Source: Patescibacteria group bacterium (lineage in GTDB: Bacteria; Patescibacteriota; Microgenomatia; Curtissbacterales; GWA2-41-24). Taken from it: DNA of 60,124 nucleotides. The DNA is taken from positions 1 through 60,124 of the forward strand of contig JBBTUN010000010.1 of NCBI GenBank assembly GCA_038063735.1. The letters run 5' to 3'. A program made the translations under genes and the position numbers. Below are positions 8,354-16,106 of the stretch, one piece after another. Every line of letters starts with the position of its first letter. The first letter of the stretch is position 1. The notes under the pieces are model-generated. The model made no database searches, was not told the origin of the DNA, and saw only the letters and a program-made list of their open reading frames with translations.

Positions 8354-9577
8354 ATGAACAAAATTGCAATTAAACTTGCAACTGCTGTTTCTACAGGTGC
8401 CTTGGTAGTTTCTTCATTTGCAACTCCACTTCTGGCTACAACGGTTGAAATTTCTGGTAACGGTTCTGACAGTGACAACACTGTTGAAGTTAATCAAACC
8501 AATACAACAGCTGTTAATCAAAGCAACACAGCTAATATCTCCAACAACATTGACGTTGACGTAGATACCGGAGACAACGATGCAAACGACAACACAGGTG
8601 GCGATGTTTCAATCGACACAGGTGATGCCAATGCAACTGTTGGAGTTTCCACAACGGTAAACTCAAACCAGGCGAGCGTTAACGGATGTTGCCCAGATGA
8701 CGTTACTTTGAAAATAAAAGGTAACGGATCTGACAGCGGGAACAATGATGAGAACAAAATTAAGTTCAATTCAACAAACGCCAATGTTATAAGTCAAGAC
8801 AATAATGCAAACGTTAACAACGATGTCGATTTAGATCTCGACACAGGTTATAACGATGCAAACGACAACACAGGTGGCGATGTTTCCGTAACGACTGGTG
8901 ATGCTGATGCAACTGTTACTGTAAGTAACAATGCAAACGCAAATTGGGCGGCCGTAACCGGCGGCGGTAGCGGCGGCGGACTGGCTGTTGAAATTTCTGG
9001 TAACGGTTCTGACAGTGACAACACTGTTGAGGTCGGTTTGACAACCGTTAACACGATCAACCAGTCAAACAATGCTGATATCTCCAACAACATCGATGTC
9101 GATGCTGATACCGGAGACAACGATGCAAATGACAACACAGGTGGCGATGTTTCAATCGACACAGGTGATGCCAATGCAGACGTTGATGTCAGTAATATGG
9201 CTAACTTTAATGCAGCAGAACTAGCAGGATGTGGTTGTGTTGAAGATCTCGACGTACTTGTAAAAGGAAACGGGACAGACAGTGACAACACTGTTAAGCT
9301 CAACCTTGGATCAATTCTGGCAGCCGTTCAGACTAACTCATTTGATAATGGGGAAAAGTGTGACGGCATTGATGTTGACCTTGACACCGGTGGTAACGAT
9401 GCCAAAGACAACACTCACGGCGGTGATCCATCCATCACTACTGGTGATGCTGATGCAGACGTAGATGTAGAGAACACTGCAAACTCTAACGTACTTGGAG
9501 ATGTGGATTTTGATCTTCCAACGCAAGAAGGAAGCTCTATGTCTGTTCTTTTAATACTTTTGGCTCTTCTGGGTTAA
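8354..9577 (+). CDS. secreted Asn/Asp/Thr-rich 'GNGSDS...NTGGD...TGDA' repeat protein (4 modules)
   Basis: The ATG at 8354 is preceded by AAAGGAGGTG. A signal peptide is present. Four modules of about 95 aa carry motifs such as 'N-x-A-x-[IV]-x-N-x-[IV]-D-x-D-x-DTG-x-NDA-x-DNTGGDVS-x-x-TGDA-x-A-x-V', and Cys clusters separate the modules. The C-terminal tail is hydrophobic. Confidence 0.7.
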   Translation: MNKIAIKLATAVSTGALVVSSFATPLLATTVEISGNGSDSDNTVEVNQTNTTAVNQSNTANISNNIDVDVDTGDNDANDNTGGDVSIDTGDANATVGVSTTVNSNQASVNGCCPDDVTLKIKGNGSDSGNNDENKIKFNSTNANVISQDNNANVNNDVDLDLDTGYNDANDNTGGDVSVTTGDADATVTVSNNANANWAAVTGGGSGGGLAVEISGNGSDSDNTVEVGLTTVNTINQSNNADISNNIDVDADTGDNDANDNTGGDVSIDTGDANADVDVSNMANFNAAELAGCGCVEDLDVLVKGNGTDSDNTVKLNLGSILAAVQTNSFDNGEKCDGIDVDLDTGGNDAKDNTHGGDPSITTGDADADVDVENTANSNVLGDVDFDLPTQEGSSMSVLLILLALLG

Positions 9578-9789
9578 AAGTAATTCCTGATTTCTTGGAG
9601 GGCTACCTTTCGGTAGGATCACTCTTACAAAAGGGTAAGCCCCCAAGAAAGATGGAAAGTAATGGATAGCAGTTGGTAGCAGGTAGCTGGTAGATAGTGA
9701 TAACAAAAAATAGTATTCGAGCTTGTCGAGAATTACAAAAAAAAGAAGAAGTTCTCGATCAACTCGAACAATAAAATAAGTAGATATAA

Positions 9790-11985
9790 ATGAATAAATT
9801 TAAAAGAAGCATAGTTTCAATATTTCTGGCAATAAGCTTGGTTATCAATCCAAGCTCTATGGTTTTTGCCGGGAATGACCCGGGACTTGATGCTCCATCA
9901 GTTTCTGAGGTTACACCAACTCCCGAACCGTCGCCTTCTTCAAGTCCGGAGATTACTTCCACACCCTCACCAACTCCGGTATCAACCAGTGACGGACCAA
10001 CCAATTATGATCCAAACGACAGGGATGGTGATGAAGAAACTCTTGAGGAAGACGCTATTCATGATGCAGAAAGAGAGGCAAGGTGGCAGGAATACCAGGC
10101 TTGGTTGGCAACCCAAGGACCAGGAGACCAGGAATCGACCGGTGGAGTTGACGGCGGCGGCAACGTCGGTGACACCAGTATTCAAACGGGAGACGCCAAT
10201 GCAAACGGGGTACTGGTCACCAGTGCCAATACAACAGCTGTCTCTACGGATGATCCTACTTGCGGAGCGTGTGCCACAGACACGAGCGTCACAAATAGCC
10301 AGAACGGATCCGGGTCGGATAATGCGGCAACAGTTAACAATAATAATAATTCAACGGTTGTCATAGACAATGACGCAAATGTACAAAATAATCTTGATTT
10401 TGATGCAAACAGCGGAAACAACGATGCATCGGCAAACGTCGGTGACAGCGAGATTATTACAGGAGATGCCAATGTGGTAGTTACGGTAATTACAGACGCA
10501 AACCAGGTTGCACTTGGTGTTTACCAGTTTGATGTTAACGGAAACCAGAATGGCGACATAATCCTCGATCCGGGGAGCTTGATTGCACAAAATATCGGCA
10601 ACGGATCCGGTTCGACAAATGATTCCACAATAAATAATAACAATACTAGCGTAGAAACTATAAATAACGACGGAGAAATTATTAATAATATTGATATTGA
10701 TGCGAATACGGGTTACAACACAGCCAGTAAAAATACGGGTGGCGACAGCATAATTGAAACAGGCGACGCAAGTGTTGTTGCAAATGTAATCAATTCGCTA
10801 AATACGGTGGTTGACGGGGCACTAAATGTTGTAAACATATTTGGGGATATGGTTGGAAATATTGTACAGCCACAAGCACCGGTTCAATCGACTGCAACTT
10901 CCGCTTGTGGATGCGGACCATGCTCTTCTAGTGCAACAGCCGGAAATTTAGGGAATGGGAGCGACTCAGAAAACAATGCAACCGTTAATAGTACAAACAC
11001 AGATACGACAAATATGACCAATAATGCGACGGTTGAAAATAATTTGGATCTTGACGGCAATACGGGCGGGAACACTACGAGCTTTAACACAGGTGGTGAA
11101 AGCTCTATAGAAACAGGGGAAGTTGAAGTTAAGGCAAATGTTGTAAACGTTGCAAACATAAACGTTTCCAGCGGCGACTGCAGCCCGGTTTACATGGTCT
11201 TTATCAATGACGTTTCCGGAAACTGGAAGGGGCAAATTTTGGGCGCAGCGCCGGGTACGTATTTTTACACATCCAGTGGAGAATTCTATTTTATAGACAG
11301 TAATGGCCAGTTGGTAGCCGTAAACCAAAATAACGGAGCAGATTCTACTAACAATGCAACTGTTAATAATACAAATACAACTACAACAAATATCACCAAT
11401 AACGGAACTGTCACTAATAATATAAATATTGACGCAAATACGGGTAACAATGAGGCGAGTAAGAATACAGGGGGAAATTCCGATATTTCCACCGGAGACG
11501 CGAACATTGCAGTAAACGTTATTAACTTTATAAATTCGAATTTTTCCGGCCGTAAAGTTGTGATGACACTAGTCAACGTTTTCGGGTCCTGGCTAGGTAA
11601 TTTTGTACCGGCCGGATACGCCGGGGACATTCCAAATCCGCAGGCGCAGGCAACAGGTGGATCAGATTCATCAAGTTCCAGCTCTTCTGGTGGCTCTTCC
11701 GGCATAAATAGTAACGGCGGCGGGATAAACACAGTTGTTATCGGTGGTCAGACGTTGTCTGCATCAGATAATAATATTGCCCGTTTTGGTGAGGAGAATG
11801 AGTTAGCAGATGCGTTTGTTGGTGGACAGCAGGAACCAATAATTGCAAAATACAAAGCCTTAAATAGCCTTGAAAGAACAGGCATTCCTGTTCCACTTAG
11901 AATACTCTTAATTATGGCCCCGCTCGCTTTGGGCACATATCTGCTGAGAAGGAAATTAGCCTCAATAGCACTAAAAAGCAAGTAA
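9790..11985 (+). CDS. large surface repeat protein of the same NTGG/TGDA family, with an LxxTG-type anchor
   Basis: 731 aa with a signal peptide and a PT-rich linker. At least 5 'NTGG-x-S-x-I-x-TGDA' modules are present. The C-terminus is 'LERTG', then a hydrophobic helix, then 'RRK'. Confidence 0.7.
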   Translation: MNKFKRSIVSIFLAISLVINPSSMVFAGNDPGLDAPSVSEVTPTPEPSPSSSPEITSTPSPTPVSTSDGPTNYDPNDRDGDEETLEEDAIHDAEREARWQEYQAWLATQGPGDQESTGGVDGGGNVGDTSIQTGDANANGVLVTSANTTAVSTDDPTCGACATDTSVTNSQNGSGSDNAATVNNNNNSTVVIDNDANVQNNLDFDANSGNNDASANVGDSEIITGDANVVVTVITDANQVALGVYQFDVNGNQNGDIILDPGSLIAQNIGNGSGSTNDSTINNNNTSVETINNDGEIINNIDIDANTGYNTASKNTGGDSIIETGDASVVANVINSLNTVVDGALNVVNIFGDMVGNIVQPQAPVQSTATSACGCGPCSSSATAGNLGNGSDSENNATVNSTNTDTTNMTNNATVENNLDLDGNTGGNTTSFNTGGESSIETGEVEVKANVVNVANINVSSGDCSPVYMVFINDVSGNWKGQILGAAPGTYFYTSSGEFYFIDSNGQLVAVNQNNGADSTNNATVNNTNTTTTNITNNGTVTNNINIDANTGNNEASKNTGGNSDISTGDANIAVNVINFINSNFSGRKVVMTLVNVFGSWLGNFVPAGYAGDIPNPQAQATGGSDSSSSSSSGGSSGINSNGGGINTVVIGGQTLSASDNNIARFGEENELADAFVGGQQEPIIAKYKALNSLERTGIPVPLRILLIMAPLALGTYLLRRKLASIALKSK

Positions 11986-12255
11986 TAAATCATCTTTTGC
12001 CATTGTTTGATTTTAAGAAGACCTCTTTGTCCCAGTTGACATAAATCTGCAGTTAAATTAAGTTATAAAAACGGAATTAGGACAAATTCCCCCAAGTTAC
12101 TTTTTTTAATATGAACTGCCCAAATTGCTACTTTTTGGCCGATAACTTTATCGTTAATTATTTTAATTTTGATATTAAAACGTACCTTTTTGGTACAGAT
12201 TCGTATGGATGCCCGCGCGACCTTTGGCGGGTGAAGAAGGGAGGTGATAAAAATA

Positions 12256-12846
12256 ATGAAATTAACTTATAAAATTGGAACAGGTATTGCTACTGCAGCT
12301 TTATTTGCAAGTGCTTTTGCTCCGGCAATAATGGCAGACAATACAATTACAGAAAACGGTGCCGGATCGACCAACACAATTTCTGTTACAAACACTTGTT
12401 CCGCAACTGTAGTCCAGGCTAACGATTCTGATATTTCCGTTAAAGTAAAACAAACCGCAAATACCGGTGGCAATGAAGCCAATAAAAATACCGGTGGCGA
12501 TGTTTCTATTTTAACCGGAGATGTAAGTCAAACGGCATCAGTATCTATTGCTGGTTCTACAAACACGGCTGTTGCTCCTAGCTGCTGTGGATGTGAACAA
12601 GTTACACCGGCCGCAGATATTAGCCTAAATGGCGCAGATACGACAAACGCTGTTGTTACAAACACAGTTAAACTGACGAGCGCAACTCAGGCTAATAAAA
12701 CTAAAGTCAAAGCAAGAATAAAACAGAAGGCTAAGACTGGAAAGAATAAGGCCAACGAAAACACCAATGGAGTTGTTGATGTTACAACCGGTGGTGTTAC
12801 AGGTGTTGTAGGTGTTGCAGTAAGCGCACCCTCTAACACACTTTGA
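12256..12846 (+). CDS. short secreted NTGG/TGD repeat protein (2 modules)
   Basis: The ATG at 12256 follows GGGAGGTG. Signal peptide MKLTYKIGTGIATAALFASAFAPAIMA. Motifs 'NTGGNEANKNTGGDVSILTGDV' and 'SCCGCE' are present. Confidence 0.65.
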   Translation: MKLTYKIGTGIATAALFASAFAPAIMADNTITENGAGSTNTISVTNTCSATVVQANDSDISVKVKQTANTGGNEANKNTGGDVSILTGDVSQTASVSIAGSTNTAVAPSCCGCEQVTPAADISLNGADTTNAVVTNTVKLTSATQANKTKVKARIKQKAKTGKNKANENTNGVVDVTTGGVTGVVGVAVSAPSNTL

Positions 12847-12931
12847 TGTAGTTAGATAAGCGATTCTTAGGTTAATATTAGTTAAACTTAAGAATAACGG
12901 ATTACTCAGGAAGAGGATCCAAAACCAAAAT

Positions 12932-12957
12932 GCCCCTGCCCAACGCCGGGGCTTTTT
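12932..12957 (+). terminator. weak intrinsic terminator candidate
   Basis: gcccc (12932-12936) pairs with ggggc (12948-12952), followed by TTTTT. Confidence 0.35.
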
Positions 12958-13010
12958 GGTGGAAAAGAACAATCTAGCAATAGAGCAGTGTAACGATGTA
13001 ATATTGTACT

Positions 13011-14054
13011 GTGATCCACAAAAAAATAATTCACCATGTCAGACACTTCCATCATCACTTTTTACCCCACAACCATGTTGATGGGAGAGAACATAGTGCC
13101 CACGCTCTTTCTGTTGTAGCTCTTTCTGTATATTTTTCGGTTTTTGTACTTAGCAGTGTCGGATTTTATTTTATAAAGGCAAATGCCCCGCAAATTTTGG
13201 GTGCTGTCACTTTTTCTGCAGATCAAATTATTTCGCTTACAAACGCAAAAAGGGCCCAAAACGGGTTGGGGGCGGTTACTTTTAACCCACTACTTGCGCA
13301 AGCGGCAACGCAGAAGGCTAGTAATATGTTTTCGGAAAATTATTGGGCGCACAATTCTCCCAGCGGCAGGACTCCGTGGAGCTTTATTTCTGCTGCCGGT
13401 TATAAATATGTTTATGCGGGGGAGAACCTGGCGCGGGATTTTTCTGACGCGTCGTCGGTTGTCAATGCCTGGATGAATTCGCCTTCGCATAGAAGCAATT
13501 TGCTAGACAAAAACTTTAAGGAAATTGGTGTTGCCGTTGCCGATGGCAATTTAACAGGTAACAGCGGGATACTGGTGGTGCAAATGTTCGGGACACCGAC
13601 GTCTCAGATTCCAACGACACCTACTTTGGCCCTAGCATCGCCTGCGCCCTCGCCAAGCATTGCACCCGCATCGCGCGTGCCTGCGGCGAGCCCTGCGGTT
13701 GCACAAGCGCTACAATCGCCTTTGCCATCCCCGAGTCCTGTGCTTGAGGTTGCTCAGGCCTCTCCCACTCCAGCTCCAACAAGTGTGACTATTGCTCAAA
13801 CCGACGACGTGATTACGCCGACTTCCCAAGCTAACACAAGTGAAGCAAGAGTACTTGCGAGCCGTCAGTTTTCGATTGCCCGCGGGATATCTTTTGGCTT
13901 AATTGCTTTTATATTCTTAATGTTTGTTGCCGAAGTGATATTTGTTGCAAAACGCGAGAATTTACACTTGAGAAGCGGAATTTTTGCTCACCTTGGCTTG
14001 TTGGCATTCGTCTTGATTGTAATTTGGTATGCTGTTTCCGGAGCAATCCTTTGA
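13011..14054 (+). CDS. CAP/SCP (YkwD-like) domain protein with a Pro/Ser/Ala linker and a C-terminal membrane anchor
   Basis: 'NAKRAQNGL...YWAHNSPSGRTPWSFI...GENLA...AWMNSPSHRSNLL...FKEIGVAV' is a CAP-domain signature. TM segments lie at both ends. Confidence 0.7.
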   Translation: MIHKKIIHHVRHFHHHFLPHNHVDGREHSAHALSVVALSVYFSVFVLSSVGFYFIKANAPQILGAVTFSADQIISLTNAKRAQNGLGAVTFNPLLAQAATQKASNMFSENYWAHNSPSGRTPWSFISAAGYKYVYAGENLARDFSDASSVVNAWMNSPSHRSNLLDKNFKEIGVAVADGNLTGNSGILVVQMFGTPTSQIPTTPTLALASPAPSPSIAPASRVPAASPAVAQALQSPLPSPSPVLEVAQASPTPAPTSVTIAQTDDVITPTSQANTSEARVLASRQFSIARGISFGLIAFIFLMFVAEVIFVAKRENLHLRSGIFAHLGLLAFVLIVIWYAVSGAIL

Positions 14055-14162
14055 CAAAGTCAAAGGGAAATTTTTAATTTTAAATTAGAAATTTGAAATT
14101 AATTTAAAAAATTTAGTTTTAAAACATTAAAAATTATAAATTTAAAATTGTAAATTAAACAA

Positions 14163-14417
14163 ATGACTAAAAAACTCGATACAACCTGGCACTTGTTTTT
14201 GTATGCGGCGTTTTTGGTTGGGGCAGCTGCTGTTTATTTGTCGCGCTATGACTCTTACAGACAGTTTGTGGTACTCGCCCTGTTGGTTATTTTTTATATT
14301 GTTTGGGCTATTGCGTACCACCATGTTAAGGGGGACGTGACGAAGAAATTGTTTTTAGAATATCTTCTGATTGCGCTTATCGCCTTGGGGGCAGGGTATT
14401 TAGTTTTGATGAGTTGA
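14163..14417 (+). CDS. small integral membrane protein (3 TM)
   Basis: 84 aa, hydrophobic throughout, with no recognisable family. Confidence 0.45.
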   Translation: MTKKLDTTWHLFLYAAFLVGAAAVYLSRYDSYRQFVVLALLVIFYIVWAIAYHHVKGDVTKKLFLEYLLIALIALGAGYLVLMS

Positions 14418-14489
14418 TATCCCCGCTTGACGATCCCGTATCGTTACGGTGACCTCTTGAATTCTTTCAAAGTTTTCAAGGTAAACAGG

Positions 14490-14585
14490 GTGAGCTATGA
14501 ACTATGAACTGTGAACCATTAACCGTTCTTGAAATCAGGGTAAACCACGAACTTTTCACTTTTCACTTATCACTTATCACTTTTT
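14490..14585. repeat. composite heptamer arrays (ATGAACT family, then TCACTTW x4)
   Basis: 14490-14527 reads gagctATGAACTATGAACTGTGAACCATTAACCG. 14553-14585 reads ttttcac ttttcac ttatcac ttatcac. This is the left copy of the repeat that flanks hicBA. Confidence 0.85.
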
Positions 14586-14590
14586 AATTC

Positions 14591-14614
14591 TCACGGATTG
14601 ATGACGCAGTAATT
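14591..14614 (-). pseudogene. remnant of a pilin 3' end (last 7 codons, NYCVINP*)
   Basis: The reverse complement reads aat tac tgc gtc atc aat ccg tga, which gives the same peptide as the end of the pilin gene at 15326-15349. An in-frame TAA lies immediately upstream. Confidence 0.55.
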
Positions 14615-14699
14615 TTAGCTTCGAATTTTTCTTAACTTGCACCTTCTAGCCTCCACGGGCTGCCCTTGTGCCTATTGGTGCCTAGATTAAAGAAGGAAT

Positions 14700-14918
14700 T
14701 TACTTACGGAATAAATCAGAAGGGAGTTGAGATTGTCTGATAATACTTCTCAACGTACCAATAGGTATTTCTGTTGAGTGAAATGCTACAGTCGTATGGG
14801 CTCCCGTTTTTGGATTGAAGTATTGTTTGTGACTGCTTTTGCTAACATTTACCACAAACCCATTTTGTAAAAGAATTGACTCTATCGCACGAGGTTTTAG
14901 GGGTACCAGTTTTGGCAT
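14700..14918 (-). CDS. hicA: HicA-family mRNA interferase toxin
   Basis: 72 aa. 'LKPRAIESILLQNGFVVNVSKSSHKQYFNPKTGAHTTVAFHSTEIPIGTLRSIIRQSQL' fits the HicA pattern (GF...SHxxF...TVxxH...GTLxxI). Confidence 0.8.
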   Translation of the reverse strand: MPKLVPLKPRAIESILLQNGFVVNVSKSSHKQYFNPKTGAHTTVAFHSTEIPIGTLRSIIRQSQLPSDLFRK

Positions 14919-14921
14919 TTG

Positions 14922-15179
14922 TCAGTTGCTAAACCTGATAGGTTGGGAAACGCTGATCTCGGTAACGCCCATATAATAGTCATCAGAATCTGGCTGTGGC
15001 ACCTCGGTTTTTGTTTTTACGAGGCCTTCAACGTGGCAAGTAATAGCGTTCTTCACGTTTTTTTTCGCTTCTTCTAATGTTTTTCCAAAGTCTGAAATAC
15101 CTAATGTCGGTACATCGGCGATGTAGTTGGATCCTCCCTTACGGATGACTACATGGTAGCGTAAGACTGTAGTTTTCAT
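14922..15179 (-). CDS. hicB: HicB-family antitoxin (short form, UPF0150 fold)
   Basis: 'YHVVIRKGGSNYIADVPTLGISDFGKTLEEAKKNVKNAI' matches the HicB N-terminal domain. It sits 3 nt upstream of hicA. The start is taken at the ATG at 15179 (MKTTVLRY); the ORF track extends to 15206. Confidence 0.7.
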   Translation of the reverse strand: MKTTVLRYHVVIRKGGSNYIADVPTLGISDFGKTLEEAKKNVKNAITCHVEGLVKTKTEVPQPDSDDYYMGVTEISVSQPIRFSN

Positions 15180-15248
15180 ACGTGGATAGTATACCATAAG
15201 GAGCATTTTATGATTTACGCCAGATCTGCTTTTTTGGCCTGGTAAAAA

Positions 15249-15320
15249 GAACTATGAACCGTGAACTATGAACCGTGAACTTTTCACTTATCACTTATCA
15301 CTTTTCACTTATCACTTTTT
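15249..15320. repeat. composite heptamer arrays (GAACTAT/GAACCGT, then TCACTTW x5)
   Basis: This is the right copy of the repeat flanking hicBA. It directly abuts the pilin stop codon at 15326. Confidence 0.85.
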
Positions 15321-15325
15321 AAATC

Positions 15326-15967
15326 TCACGGGTTGATGACGCAGTAGTTTCTATTACCGTTCCAAGCGTAGCTTGCGCCACACGGTGGGTTTGATGTTGG
15401 AACATTTTTATTATCTTGGTCTTTTGTGTTCTCTAGTGTGGCAGATATAACATAGGAATTATTTGGGCTTGAACTATCGTAATAGTAGTCTTGGGTTGTG
15501 GAACCAGAAAATGCAGGGTCTTTTGGCAATGGACTCATATATGTGACGGCTGGGGGATCTGGCGTTCCTGTTGCGTCACAAACAAAAACGGTTCCCCAGC
15601 TTTTTGCTGTTATGTCCCCGGTAACATTGCATTTAATTCTTCCAGCTTGCCCTGTGGTTTCGGTACTTGGGTATTTGCCGTTTTGTTGAAAGTATATTTC
15701 TAAAGCTTGCTGGACTGCTTTAAGATCGGATTTCCTTTTATTATCCCTGCCCTTCATCTGCGCGTTTGTGTAGGAAACGGTGGCAACGGCCATTAAAATG
15801 GCGATTATGGAGATGACCACCAACAATTCAATCAGGGTAAACCCTGTTGAATTGCGGTTAATGGTTAATGGTTGATGGTTAATGGCTCTTTTTCTAAATC
15901 TATGAACTATGAACTGTGAACTATGAACTATCTCGGGCAAGGACATACTTTTATGATAGCAAGTCAA
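15326..15967 (-). CDS. type IV pilin-like protein (prepilin-type N-terminus)
   Basis: 'GFTLIELLVVISIIAILMAVATVSY' is a class III signal/pilin helix. The C-terminal Cys pair ends in 'NYCVINP'. The leader of about 40 aa is encoded by heptamer arrays. Confidence 0.8.
   Translation of the reverse strand: MTCYHKSMSLPEIVHSSQFIVHRFRKRAINHQPLTINRNSTGFTLIELLVVISIIAILMAVATVSYTNAQMKGRDNKRKSDLKAVQQALEIYFQQNGKYPSTETTGQAGRIKCNVTGDITAKSWGTVFVCDATGTPDPPAVTYMSPLPKDPAFSGSTTQDYYYDSSSPNNSYVISATLENTKDQDNKNVPTSNPPCGASYAWNGNRNYCVINP
15856..15930. repeat. heptamer arrays inside the pilin 5' region (TTAATGG family and ATGAACT family)
   Basis: 15856-15885 reads ggttaatggttaatggttgatggttaatgg. 15902-15930 reads atgaactatgaactgtgaactatgaacta. 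Confidence 0.9.
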
Positions 15968-16057
15968 AGTTAAAAGTCAAAGTCCCTTCGAAAGATCTCC
16001 CTTCAAAAACTTCAGGGTAAACAGGGCAAGCAAAAATCAAAGGCGCAGGGAATTTAA

Positions 16058-16087
16058 CCTGTCGCTTGTCTCTTGTCACTTGTCGCG
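16058..16087. repeat. heptamer array CTTGTCN x4
   Basis: cctgtcg cttgtct cttgtca cttgtcg, lying between the divergent pilin and dockerin-protein genes. Confidence 0.8.
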
Positions 16088-16106
16088 CTAATATGGACTT
16101 ATAGCG

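Noticed and set aside
8518-11732. Long minus-strand ORFs (8518-8784, 8848-9303, 10182-10472, 10884-11159, 11286-11732) opposite the repeat-protein genes.
   Set aside because: These are shadow ORFs created by the low-complexity repeat composition. They have no start context, and the plus-strand genes have signal peptides, SD sequences and a coherent modular structure.
14440-16040. An IS element or integron-like structure around hicAB and the pilin gene.
   Set aside because: There is no transposase or integrase, no terminal inverted repeats typical of IS elements, and no attC-like sites. Only the direct repeats described in the findings are present.
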